The translations under genes and the position numbers were made by a program. This document shows, one piece after another, positions 37,301 to 46,205 of a stretch of DNA of 64,000 bases (positions are counted from its first letter, which is position 1; each line of letters begins with the position of its first letter). Location: assembly GCA_963710755.1 (NCBI GenBank), contig CAVQBK010000003.1, positions 448,001 to 512,000 of the forward strand. The letters are read 5' to 3'. This stretch comes from an uncultured bacterium (GTDB lineage: Bacteria > Oederibacteriota > JAAXVQ01 > JAUVAV01). Below the pieces are notes generated by a model. The model did not search any database and had not been told where the DNA came from. It saw only the letters and a program-made list of their open reading frames with translations.

Positions 37301-38091
37301 AGCATACGGACGAGCCCTATGAATTGATCATGGTGGACAACCATTCCACCGACGGTACGGCAGCGTATTTGGCCACCCTGAACAACCTTAAACCATTATC
37401 CTGCTGCGGCATCACCCTTCTTTCCAATCAGGCTAATCTGGGGTTTTCAGCAGGGAACAATCAAGGCTTGGCCGCAGCCCGGGGCGACTTCATGTTGTTA
37501 CTCAACAATGACACTGTGGTGACGGATGGCTGGCTCGCCACCATGCTCCGCGTCATGGCCGAAAAACCGCAGATTGGAATTGTGGGGCCCATGTCCAATT
37601 ATGTTTCCGGTCCGCAATTGGTGCGCGCCGTGGGCTACGATGTCAACAGCTTGCGCGGACTCGGCGAATATGCGGCCAATTTCAGCCATCGTCGTCAGGG
37701 GGAAGCCCGGCCTTTTTGGCGGGTGGTGGGCTTTTGCATGCTCATCAAGCGCGAGGTGATCGACGCCATCGGAGGGTTTGACGACCGTTACGGCCTGGGT
37801 AATTTTGAGGACGATGATTTCAGCCTACGCGCCGCGCTGGCGGGATTTGAATCATGGATCGCGGGCGACAGCTATGTTCATCACTTCGGCAGCCGCACCT
37901 TTGCCGGCGCGCGTCTGGATTATGATCAAAGCCTGCGTCAGAACTGGGAAATCTTCAAGCGCAAATGGAGCATTCCCCTGGAGGTGGGCTACGGCGAACC
38001 TTATGAAATGAATACCTTGATCGAGCAACGGTTTGTGGAATGCCATTACTGTCCCCTGCCGGATGTGGCAGCCGTAGGAGGTAACCTGTGA
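34345..38091 (+). CDS. Multidomain methyltransferase-GT2-GT4-GT2 glycosyltransferase
   Basis: 'FTGERF..EHWHRY..VLDIACGAGYG'; 'VVDNASTD..FLNND'; 'YGAGMKGKIGEAL'; 'MVDNHSTDGT..LLNND..FEDDD'. Confidence 0.92.
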   Translation: MSELEFTGERFVTDYDSPQISYEHWHRYCYAAQWVAGKKVLDIACGAGYGSALLAQTAAEVMGVDISPEAVTHARAAYPLANLQFVVGQASAIPDSGQELFDVVVSFETIEHVDQSTQQAFLKEIKRVLKPEGMLIISTPNKLVYSDLPKYHNEFHVKEFYFREFKTFLQQYFKETAFLGQRVYAGSHIWPLEQKTDKPAVEFHLNFDQTLKPVQQPKSDLYDLAICSDQPLPATAPSTMVDLSDRLMQLKDRSIGELQALLLQKEQVIRQLQDALQQRPEPQNLPAGNAPVQAPKVSIVIPVFNQVEYTQQCLEALAGHTPGELFELIVVDNASTDQTGMLLNALEGDVKIVRNQENQGFVLACNQGAALAGGEYILFLNNDTIPQPGWLEAMVDLADQDSSIGAVGAKLIYPNGKLQEAGGLIFKDGSGWNFGRLDDPNKTAYNEACQVDYCSGAALMVRAELFQELGGFDQRFAPAYYEDTDLCFGLRALGYVVMFCPQAAVVHCEGITAGTDLAQGFKHYQVVNRSKFVEKWADALALQEEPPSLTKLLPTTADRVKRGLAQPLQPVHTTVTTGPVNVLVIDPILPRYDRASGSLRLFNILKILRALDCQVTYIARNGVRQEQYKRELEAMGITVYATDPEKMAALGCPLEAEPINLKAILQATPFHLAWLSFYDIAEQYLAEIRQWSPQTTVMIDTVDVHFLREERQAALANDPQLAAKAKLTKQRELAIYQQADWLMTVTPDDQAVLHEVLPDKEIVVLPNIHGQQPDGPGFSERRDLLFVGNFHHPPNGDAMVYFCREVLPKVQRQWPEVKLTIVGDSPPPEVKALANDRVTVTGYVLETEPYLNAHRLSVAPLRYGAGMKGKIGEALSHGLPVVTTSIGSEGMGLIDSEQVLIADDPQSMADAIGRLYQDQALWEKLAYNGKAYIEDHFGFTAVTRIMTGLLGRLGARRGTSSGLVSIIILAHNQLEYTQRCVESIFQHTDEPYELIMVDNHSTDGTAAYLATLNNLKPLSCCGITLLSNQANLGFSAGNNQGLAAARGDFMLLLNNDTVVTDGWLATMLRVMAEKPQIGIVGPMSNYVSGPQLVRAVGYDVNSLRGLGEYAANFSHRRQGEARPFWRVVGFCMLIKREVIDAIGGFDDRYGLGNFEDDDFSLRAALAGFESWIAGDSYVHHFGSRTFAGARLDYDQSLRQNWEIFKRKWSIPLEVGYGEPYEMNTLIEQRFVECHYCPLPDVAAVGGNL

Positions 38092-39947
38092 AGAGCAAAG
38101 CCAAGAGCCGCGCTAAAAAAATAAAGCGTCGTTCCGGCGTCAAACCGGCCGCCCCGGTCAAAAAAGTCCTGATCGGGCCCAAACTATCGTTATGCATGAT
38201 TGCCAGGGATGAAGCCCGCCATTTGGGCAGCTGCCTTAAGAGTGTCCGTCATTTGGTGGATGAGCTGATCGTGGTCGATACCGGTTCCCAGGACAATACC
38301 CCGGAAATTGCCCGCAGCCACGGTGCCAAGGTGGTCCATTTTCCTTGGCGCAATGATTTCAGTGCAGCCCGCAATGAATCCATCCGCCATGCCACTGGGG
38401 ATTATATCCTCTGGCTGGATGCGGATGATGTGCTCGACCAGGAAGATCAGCAACAGCTGCTGGCCCTAAGAGCACACCTGCCTCGGGAAAAAAATCAGGC
38501 TTATTTTTTCCTGGTCAAGAACGAGGACCGCAAACTGGGCACCACCTCTTTTTTCCAATTGCGGCTTTTTCCCAATCTTCCTGAAGCGCGTTTCGACTAT
38601 GCGGTCCATGAACAGATCAGCCATCGTCTGGAAGCTGCCGGGATCACCCTGCTGCGCGCGCCCGTGGCGGTGCGCCATTTGGGCAACGTAAGTCATGATG
38701 ACCTGGTGCGCAAATCGCGGCGCAATCTGGCCATAATTGAAGAGGAACTGAAAAAGGATCCCCGCCATCTGGTGATGCATTATCAGGCCGCCCGGACCCT
38801 GGCCAATCTGAATGAATTGGAAAAAGCCGTGAGCCATATGCAACAGGTGCTGGACGGGCTAAAAGCGGACAACCAACAAAGTGCTTTTTATTTTGAAGCC
38901 GGTCTGCTCATGGGACGCTACTATAATGAACTGGGCCTGTTCAGCTCCGCCGAGAGTGTAATTAAGGAAATACAGGAGTCGTTTAAAGAAGCGCCCTTGC
39001 TGCAATTGGAACTGGGTAAAAGTTATTATTTGCAGGAACGCTATGAAGAGGCTATTCAAGAACTGGCACCGCTGCTGGATCAGGACCTGCAGGCAGGCCA
39101 TGTGGCGGTTAATGAAGACTTGGTTCGCTATCAGCAGACCTATTATCTGGGCAAGGCCTATGAAACCATTGGGGATCCAGCGCAAGCCAAGGCCATGTAT
39201 CAACGATCGTTAAATTACCACCAACGCGATTTTCAGAGCTACCATGCTCTGGGTATGCTCAGTCTGAAAAATGGGGCATTTGAAGAGGCCCTGCAGTACC
39301 TGCTTCAGAGCAGCCAGGCAGCATCGCAAGACGACTGCGTGCTTCAGAGCAATCTGGGTCTGGTTTACAAAAAGCTGGGTCGTGGGCAAGAGGCTGAGAA
39401 AGCCTTGATGCGGGCTATTGAAATTAATCCCGACCGCCTGGAAGCTTTTGTCAACCTTGGTTATCTTTATCAGGAAAGCCATAACTGGGGCAAGGCCGCC
39501 AGCAGCTTTAAACGGGCACTGAAACTGGACCCAACCCTTTGGGATGTGCACCTCTGTCTGTGTGATGTTTATTTCAATTTGCGCCAGGTGGACATGTTGG
39601 TGGAAACCTGCAACGATCTGCTATCCGGCCTGGGCCTGCAGGTCAACCAAACCCTGGAAGGACTGGATGACCTGGCCGCAATCTTTGAAAGTGTGGGAGA
39701 CAGTTTTTCCCAAACCGGTAAAAATGAATTGGCGGTGATGGCCTATCAAACCGGGTTTGGTATTTTCCCGCTCACCGCTATTTTGCATAAACTTTTACCT
39801 CTGGCTGCCGCCTCCGGACGCAGAGCGCAGGTCATGACCACGCTCAAAGAATCCGTAGAACGTCATGGTGATGATCCGCAGGTAATGGCATCTGTACAGA
39901 GTGTGCTTGACCAATTTCAACAAAGCGCCCAGCACGCCTATCGCTGA
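38088..39947 (+). CDS. GT2 plus TPR glycosyltransferase
   Basis: 'LSLCMIARDE', 'VVDTGSQD', 'WRNDFSAARN', 'WLDADD', 'VHEQI'; multiple TPRs. Confidence 0.92.
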   Translation: MKSKAKSRAKKIKRRSGVKPAAPVKKVLIGPKLSLCMIARDEARHLGSCLKSVRHLVDELIVVDTGSQDNTPEIARSHGAKVVHFPWRNDFSAARNESIRHATGDYILWLDADDVLDQEDQQQLLALRAHLPREKNQAYFFLVKNEDRKLGTTSFFQLRLFPNLPEARFDYAVHEQISHRLEAAGITLLRAPVAVRHLGNVSHDDLVRKSRRNLAIIEEELKKDPRHLVMHYQAARTLANLNELEKAVSHMQQVLDGLKADNQQSAFYFEAGLLMGRYYNELGLFSSAESVIKEIQESFKEAPLLQLELGKSYYLQERYEEAIQELAPLLDQDLQAGHVAVNEDLVRYQQTYYLGKAYETIGDPAQAKAMYQRSLNYHQRDFQSYHALGMLSLKNGAFEEALQYLLQSSQAASQDDCVLQSNLGLVYKKLGRGQEAEKALMRAIEINPDRLEAFVNLGYLYQESHNWGKAASSFKRALKLDPTLWDVHLCLCDVYFNLRQVDMLVETCNDLLSGLGLQVNQTLEGLDDLAAIFESVGDSFSQTGKNELAVMAYQTGFGIFPLTAILHKLLPLAAASGRRAQVMTTLKESVERHGDDPQVMASVQSVLDQFQQSAQHAYR

Positions 39948-39987
39948 CATAACCCCGCCGGCGGCAGGCCGGCGCAAGGACAAGGCT

Positions 39988-40887
39988 ATGATTCAAACCA
40001 TAAGCAGTGATCGTTTATCCGCACCGGGCGCGCTCTATGAAGAGGAGTGCGCCTTGCATTCGCTGGAGGAGTTCCGGCATTACCTGCAGCGGGTGCTTGC
40101 GCCGCGGCTGAGATTGGAGGAACGTTTGGCCAGGACAGGCCAGACCAGGCCCCAGTGGACGCTGGCCGGTTATTGTGAAGCTTGCGAGAAGTTGATGCCG
40201 CTGCAGCTGGATTGGCTTTCTTCGGACCGGGTCACGCCCAATTACCGGGAACGCCTGATTTGTCCGGCCTGTCAGCTCAACAACCGTCAGCGCTATACCC
40301 TGGGCTTGGTCAAGCGCCTGCTGCGGCAGTGGCCTGAGCCCATACCGGAAATTTATTTATACGAGCAAATCACACCTTTTTATCATTACATCCAGCGGTA
40401 CTTTAAAAGCGCCCTTATCACGGGTAGTGAATATTTTGGGTTTGAACACCAATCGGGTGAAGTGATCGACGGCATCCGCCATGAGGATGCCCTGGCCCTG
40501 AGTTTTGCCGATGAAGCCATGGCCATGATTGTATCCAATGATGTTTATGAGCATGTCCCTGATTACCACTTGGCTCTGCAAGAAGCGTTTCGCGTACTCC
40601 AGCCCGGCGGGCGGCTGGTGTTTTCCATCCCGTTTTATGCAGACCGGGAACAAACCAAGCCCAGGGCTGTGCTGGAAGAAGGGCAAATCAGACACCTCCA
40701 GCCTGAACAGTATCACGGCAATCCCATGCTCAACAAAGGCTCTTTGGTATTTCATGATTTTGGCTGGGATATTTTGGAGGCCTGCCGGCAGGCGGGGTTT
40801 AACCAGGCCTACGTGCTGGCCTATTACAGCGTGTTCTATGGCCATGTCGGCAATGGCAGCCAACAGGTGTTTATCGCTGAAAAATAA
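39988..40887 (+). CDS. Class I SAM methyltransferase-like protein with CxxC pairs
   Basis: CEAC/CPAC; 'SNDVYEHVPDY..ALQEAFRVLQPGG', 'YHGNP'. Confidence 0.85.
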   Translation: MIQTISSDRLSAPGALYEEECALHSLEEFRHYLQRVLAPRLRLEERLARTGQTRPQWTLAGYCEACEKLMPLQLDWLSSDRVTPNYRERLICPACQLNNRQRYTLGLVKRLLRQWPEPIPEIYLYEQITPFYHYIQRYFKSALITGSEYFGFEHQSGEVIDGIRHEDALALSFADEAMAMIVSNDVYEHVPDYHLALQEAFRVLQPGGRLVFSIPFYADREQTKPRAVLEEGQIRHLQPEQYHGNPMLNKGSLVFHDFGWDILEACRQAGFNQAYVLAYYSVFYGHVGNGSQQVFIAEK

Positions 40888-40955
40888 TTTGATGATCCGG
40901 ACCGGCACATCGACCAGCTCGGCAACCGGACCGGGAAAAATTACAGGAGGGGAAG

Positions 40956-41846
40956 ATGCATCCCTTGGAAACGCAAATGCGCAAAGTGATGGAGGAGCGG
41001 GATTTTTATAAAAGCATGCAATTTGTACCTCCCGGTCATTTTTATTCAGCCATTCCCGATTTGCAGGAAATCCGTCAGCACGAAGCCCGTTTGTTCCAGG
41101 CGCCGGCCAAGACCTTGCCGGGCATGAATCTGAATGAAGCGGCACAGCTGGCGTTGATGGATCAATTTGCAGCCTTTTACAATGAGGTGAATTTTCCTGA
41201 ACACAAACAAAAGGATTGGCGTTATTTCTATCAAAACCCGGCCTTTTCCTATGCCGATGGCTTGGTGCTCTATTCCATGCTCCGCTGGGCTAAGCCTAAT
41301 AAAATCATTGAAGTGGGCTCCGGTTATTCTTCCTGTGTCACCTTGGATACGAACCAACGCTTTTTTGATGGGCAGATCGAGTGTGTTTTCATGGAGCCTT
41401 ATCCTGATCTGCTGCTCAATCTTATAGAACCGGATGATTTGAAAAAAGTGGAGCTGTTGCCGCTGGGCCTGCAGGAAGTGGACCTGACCTATTTTGAGTC
41501 CTTGGAGCCCGGTGATATTTGCTTCATAGATTCCACTCATGTGGGCAAAGTGGGCAGTGATGTCAATTACATTTTCTTTCAAATCCTGCCGGCCTTGAAA
41601 AAAGGGGTGATCATTCATTTCCACGATATTTTTTACCCTTTTGAATATCCCAAAGAATGGATTTTTGAAGGCCGGGCTTGGAATGAAAATTATTATTTGC
41701 GGGTTTTCTTGGAATTTAATCAGGCTTTTGAAATTCTATATTTCAATGATTACCTGCGTCAATTTCATGCCGGCCTAATCAGTGCCAAAATGCCACTTTG
41801 CCTTAAAAACAGCGGTGGCAGCATCTGGTTAAAAAAAGTGCTATGA
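40956..41846 (+). CDS. Class I SAM methyltransferase (Methyltransf_24-like)
   Basis: 'IIEVGSGYSS', 'FIDSTH', 'IHFHDIF'. Confidence 0.9.
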   Translation: MHPLETQMRKVMEERDFYKSMQFVPPGHFYSAIPDLQEIRQHEARLFQAPAKTLPGMNLNEAAQLALMDQFAAFYNEVNFPEHKQKDWRYFYQNPAFSYADGLVLYSMLRWAKPNKIIEVGSGYSSCVTLDTNQRFFDGQIECVFMEPYPDLLLNLIEPDDLKKVELLPLGLQEVDLTYFESLEPGDICFIDSTHVGKVGSDVNYIFFQILPALKKGVIIHFHDIFYPFEYPKEWIFEGRAWNENYYLRVFLEFNQAFEILYFNDYLRQFHAGLISAKMPLCLKNSGGSIWLKKVL

Positions 41847-41883
41847 CCGCTTGGAGCGTTCAGGCGGGCATGGCGGGGGAATT

Positions 41884-43491
41884 ATGACCAAATCACAAGT
41901 CCATCAGGATCTGACGCCGCTCATCGGGGAGTTTGCCTGGCACTCTCTGGTGGAAGATCCGCGTATCGAAGGCGAGAGCCAGCGCCATTATGACTTGGTG
42001 ACCAGAATTATGGCCAAGCACGGTTTGCAGCCTCACGATGGCCCGGCGCATATTTTGGAGATTGCCTGCTATGCCCATGTTACCGGCTATGACCTGGAAG
42101 AACGCTTGCACGCACAGGTCACCCTGTTCGAACTCTCCCGCCACGCCCTGCTCACGGGTAAAGCCCTGGGCGAACGGCTTGGGAAAAAAAGCCGGCCGTT
42201 GTTGGTCTCCGGCGATTTTCATCATCTGCCCTTTGAAGATGATGCCTTTAACCTGGTGTATATATGTTCAGCCCTGCATCATACTTGGAGGTATCAGGAT
42301 GTTCTGAAGGAAATGATCAGAGTGCTGGCGCCGGGCGGGTTATTGTTTTTTGAGAATGAGCCCACCAGCCGGGCCGGCTGTTTCTATAAATTCCGCTGCA
42401 ACCGGGTGCATGACTTTACGCCCCTGGAAAAGAAACTGGACGAACTGGGAATGCTGCGTACTGTGGCGGAGCCCTTTTTAGGCAGCCGCCCGGAAATGCT
42501 CTTTGATATGATTGAGAATCAGACGATGAGTCTGGATACGATTTTGGAAACCGTGGCCGCAGCCTGTGATCTCCGGGAAGTCCTGCTCTTTCCGGAAGCC
42601 TGCATGGGCCCCTTGGAACAACAATGGCTGGCTCAGAGGGGAAGAGGACAAACACATCTGGAAACCATGATAAAGACTCAACTCGAGGAACGTCTGCAGG
42701 CCGCTGCACCTTTGCTGGATGAAAAAACCAGGGGCATGGGCTTCAGTCTGCCCCAACCCGCGGAAGTCGCGGCCATGGCCCAATGGATCAGTGCGGCTTT
42801 AACCCAGCTGCCGGTGAACACCGACTTGTTTGAATTCAGGAAGCAGTTGTCCCTTCTCTTTGGCGCGCCGCTGCAGTTGGTAGCTCAAAAAAAAGGAGGG
42901 CCTGACACCAGGACAACTTCTGCCGCCATGGCGGACAAGCGGCAGCGGTTTCAGAAGGCCTGGCCCCAACTGGACGGGGTATATAATACCTTTCCTCCGG
43001 CTATCCGTGAAATTTTGGGACAGTCTTCGCTGGTAGCCGATATTCAGCAAAGTCCGGTGCCTCTCTTACAAGATTATTTTCCTTCGTCCAGTTGGACCAC
43101 TGCTCACGGTGATTTTGAATTGATCGCCATGGAAAAGATCAAACACCAATTGCTTTCCCTGATCAATAAGTCCAATGAAGCACAACTGCAGCTGCCGGTC
43201 CTGCCTGCCGGTGGCAAAGGCCTGCTGATCTGCAGGCTCTTTACCCAGGTGGAGACAGACCACTTTTACAAAATCACGCTGTCCGTGGCGGGCAAACCCC
43301 TGCTGGAAAGAGATACCTTCAGCAGTGAAAATCTGCTGCTCAAAGTGATTGTGGATCAAACCGACTTGACCGGAGCTGAACAGAAGCTGCAACTGCGGCT
43401 GAGTCCCCTTCAAGCGGGCCATGAACAGCACCCCTTTAAGCTGGCCCTCTCCTACGCCGGCTTCTTTAAAATCGATCAATTGCTGGGCTGA
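41884..43491 (+). CDS. Class I SAM methyltransferase with long unknown C-terminal region
   Basis: 'ILEIAC', 'GDFHHLPFEDDAFNLV..SALHH', 'EMIRVLAPGG'. Confidence 0.85.
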   Translation: MTKSQVHQDLTPLIGEFAWHSLVEDPRIEGESQRHYDLVTRIMAKHGLQPHDGPAHILEIACYAHVTGYDLEERLHAQVTLFELSRHALLTGKALGERLGKKSRPLLVSGDFHHLPFEDDAFNLVYICSALHHTWRYQDVLKEMIRVLAPGGLLFFENEPTSRAGCFYKFRCNRVHDFTPLEKKLDELGMLRTVAEPFLGSRPEMLFDMIENQTMSLDTILETVAAACDLREVLLFPEACMGPLEQQWLAQRGRGQTHLETMIKTQLEERLQAAAPLLDEKTRGMGFSLPQPAEVAAMAQWISAALTQLPVNTDLFEFRKQLSLLFGAPLQLVAQKKGGPDTRTTSAAMADKRQRFQKAWPQLDGVYNTFPPAIREILGQSSLVADIQQSPVPLLQDYFPSSSWTTAHGDFELIAMEKIKHQLLSLINKSNEAQLQLPVLPAGGKGLLICRLFTQVETDHFYKITLSVAGKPLLERDTFSSENLLLKVIVDQTDLTGAEQKLQLRLSPLQAGHEQHPFKLALSYAGFFKIDQLLG

Positions 43492-43570
43492 CCGCCTCTT
43501 CTGCCCCAATCCGATTTTAAAACAAGCCGGGAATAATCAAAAAAAAATCTGACAAAATAAAAACTTTTAT

Positions 43571-43598
43571 TTAAGAAAACTTCCAGATGGTGCGAATT
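43571..43598 (+). promoter_or_regulatory. sigma28-type promoter of fliC2
   Basis: TTAA-N16-TGCGAATT; a downstream hairpin gctggca-cgga-tgtcagc (43718-43735) is a likely CsrA site. Confidence 0.5.
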
Positions 43599-43759
43599 AG
43601 GACATGTAAGGGGGGGTACGATGATCTTCAACGCAGCCCACCACAGCCACAAGATTGGTCTTAATGACCGGCCGGCATAAGGAACAATCTTAAAAATCCC
43701 GGGTGTGCGTGAAGATAGCTGGCACGGATGTCAGCATCATTATCAAGGAGGATACTTCC

Positions 43760-44581
43760 ATGGGTTTTGCAATCAATCACAACGTACCGTCAGTAGCAGC
43801 TTTGGGAGCTTTGGACAAAACGACAACCGCTATCGGAAAATCGTTGTCCAAACTTTCCACGGGTTTGCGCATCGTGAAATCAGGCGATGATGCTTCCGGG
43901 TTGGTCATCAGTGAGCGCATGCGTGCGCAGATCAACGGGCTGCAAACCGCCAAACTGAACGCTTCCGAAGGCATCAACATGCTCTCCACCGCGGAAGGCG
44001 TGCTCAACGAAATCCACAGCATTCTGCAACGTATGAATACCCTGGCCGTGCGCGCCGACAATAGCGTCACCATTGCTCCCGGTTCAGCGGAATTACAGGC
44101 TTTGCAGGATGAAAACGATGCTTTGGTGCAGGAAATCGACCGTATTGCCGGATACGCGCAATTCAACGGCGTTAACCTGCTCGACGGGTCGCTGAGCGGA
44201 AACTTGCAGGTTGGTCCCGGTGCTGCCGGTGACAACGTCATTGCCACCTCTTTAGGTACGGTGGATTCCACCACCCTGGGCGTCGATACCCTGACCCTGG
44301 GCGATGGCGGAACAGCCATCACAGCTATCACCGGTGCCATTGAGACCTTGGGTACCAACCGCGGTGATCTGGGTGTGGCCATGAACCGTTTGGAGCACAC
44401 GATTGTCAACCTCGACACCATGATCGAGAACACGACCGCTTCGGAAAGCCGTATTCGTGATGTGGATATGGCTGAAGAAATCTCCAACTTCACACGACTC
44501 CAAATCCTGCAACAATCGGGTACCTCCATGCTTGCTCAGGCCAACTCGCAACCACAAGCAGTACTTAGCTTGTTGCGGTAA
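43760..44581 (+). CDS. fliC: Flagellin, copy 2 (near-identical to copy 1)
   Basis: Same motifs as 23440; AAGGAGG RBS. Confidence 0.97.
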   Translation: MGFAINHNVPSVAALGALDKTTTAIGKSLSKLSTGLRIVKSGDDASGLVISERMRAQINGLQTAKLNASEGINMLSTAEGVLNEIHSILQRMNTLAVRADNSVTIAPGSAELQALQDENDALVQEIDRIAGYAQFNGVNLLDGSLSGNLQVGPGAAGDNVIATSLGTVDSTTLGVDTLTLGDGGTAITAITGAIETLGTNRGDLGVAMNRLEHTIVNLDTMIENTTASESRIRDVDMAEEISNFTRLQILQQSGTSMLAQANSQPQAVLSLLR

Positions 44582-44587
44582 GCCGGA

Positions 44588-44617
44588 TCAGGGCTAACGG
44601 GCAACCGTTAGCCCTGA
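44588..44617 (+). terminator. Hairpin after fliC2 (weak U-tract)
   Basis: tcagggctaacgg-gcaa-ccgttagccctga. Confidence 0.6.
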
Positions 44618-44736
44618 ACATTTCTCAGGCATGAAAGCTTCCTGACAGCCTGTGAAGGTGATGTCAGAAGTCCAACCGGCCGGTCCATTGGAACACTTCA
44701 GGGGTTTCAGGAACTTTTAGCCGGAATCGTGTAGCC

Positions 44737-44949
44737 ATGGATCAACTTGAGCGATTGGAAAAGGCGTTTGATCAAAAGGTCGGGAAGATCGCCGCCGGCC
44801 ATACAGGCATTCGCGACAAGCACATGGCCGATCAAGTCTCGATCTTGATAAGACAACAAGTGCGACATCAAAAACCGACAGCTATTTTGGTTCAAGCCAA
44901 CGCCACATTGGACCATGTTTTGAGCTTGTGCCAGAACCAAACCAACTAA
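44737..44949 (+). CDS. Flagellin C-terminal-domain-only mini-protein (or flagellin remnant), 70 aa
   Basis: Gapless manual alignment to the FliC C-terminus (IRD..MA..S...R.Q...Q..T..L.QAN.....VLSL). Confidence 0.6.
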   Translation: MDQLERLEKAFDQKVGKIAAGHTGIRDKHMADQVSILIRQQVRHQKPTAILVQANATLDHVLSLCQNQTN

Positions 44950-44986
44950 AAAAGAAGGGTCGGGCTCACAAGGCCCGGCCCTTTTT
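44948..44986. terminator. Bidirectional terminator
   Basis: A-tract, aagggtcgggc/gcccggccctt stem, T-tract. Confidence 0.8.
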
Positions 44987-45050
44987 AATGCGATCCCCGC
45001 CTTGCCCGATATTTATTTCCGCGGCGGTTAGCTTTACCCCGGGTATTACG

Positions 45051-46205
45051 TCAGCTATAACGAAAAATGGCTGCCAGTTTGCCGTGGTCCGGTACCTGGT
45101 CTTTGGGCAGGGCATAAACTCGACCATGATGCAACAATGTCTGCAAAGCCGCCATTTCCAGCAGATCCCGATCTTCACCGGATTTGACCTCATGAAAATC
45201 ACAGACCGAAGCAGAAGCATCATACCAACCCCAGGCCTGTTCCTCCAGGTCCACAAATAAGGTGTGCACCTGTCCCTTGACCGTTGCCGGGAGAATGGTC
45301 TTGAGGTCGTGAGAGGTACGTGCTGTATTGGCATAATAGCGATATATGGATTGGGCCGTAGCCTGATCCTTGCTCAAAATGGGGTGGATAAGGGGCCAGG
45401 CCAGCTCATGGAGCTGGGTGGCGTCCCAATGATCGAAATGGCCGTTCAAGCCTTGCTCCAACAAGGCGCTATAATGATTGGCCTCACGGTAAATGGACTG
45501 GATGTAATTGACGCCGGCAATCAACAGCGGGTCCTTATGCCCGGCTAATTGAGCGACCACAGCCTTGTCAATAGCCTGGAAAAATTCCAGGATATGGGCT
45601 TTGGCTGTCTCAGGCTGGCTGCCGTGACCACTGAAGGTGCTGCTGACGCTGTTGCCAAAACGGCTGGCGCTGCTGTGCATCCGTTGCTGCCGTTCCGCGG
45701 CTGTGTACTGTAAAACGTCTTCCAAATTCCGGGGAGCATTGGGCAAAGGAACCGGTACCAGGCCGGTCCCATCACCTTTAAAAAGCCGTACCAAATCCTG
45801 GCTCAGGGTCAGCAGATAAAAAGTGGCTTTGGAGGTCAGGGCCGGCACCAAGGGCTTAAGATAAAAATGATTGTTAATCATTACCAACGGCGGCACGGAA
45901 AACGAGGTCCAAATGGATTCGAAAAAATGATCGGCCATCAGTAACACCAGCCCCCGTGCTTTGGTTTGCCAGAAAAAAGAATCCTTCATCAGGTCATGCG
46001 CGGGCAACAACAACTGTTCTTGCTGATCCCGGGAGTAGCCCAAGGTTTTCAACTGCTGTTCCGCTTCCTTTAGCAGGGATTTCAGGCAGATCTGATCGTG
46101 GTGATTGCGATTCACGGCTTGGAAACAAGGCACATAAATGGAAATACAGGGGGAAACTTTTTTTTCCATCAACGATTTTAATTGGTCAAGCCTCATCATG
46201 GTCAT
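45051..46205 (-). CDS. Bacterial archaeo-eukaryotic release factor (baeRF3/7-like) protein
   Basis: 'PCISIYVP', 'FYLKPLVP', 'FYLLTLSQ', 'DLLE.AA.QTL.HHGRVY', 'AAIFRY'; AAGGAG RBS. Confidence 0.85.
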   Translation of the reverse strand: MTMMRLDQLKSLMEKKVSPCISIYVPCFQAVNRNHHDQICLKSLLKEAEQQLKTLGYSRDQQEQLLLPAHDLMKDSFFWQTKARGLVLLMADHFFESIWTSFSVPPLVMINNHFYLKPLVPALTSKATFYLLTLSQDLVRLFKGDGTGLVPVPLPNAPRNLEDVLQYTAAERQQRMHSSASRFGNSVSSTFSGHGSQPETAKAHILEFFQAIDKAVVAQLAGHKDPLLIAGVNYIQSIYREANHYSALLEQGLNGHFDHWDATQLHELAWPLIHPILSKDQATAQSIYRYYANTARTSHDLKTILPATVKGQVHTLFVDLEEQAWGWYDASASVCDFHEVKSGEDRDLLEMAALQTLLHHGRVYALPKDQVPDHGKLAAIFRYS

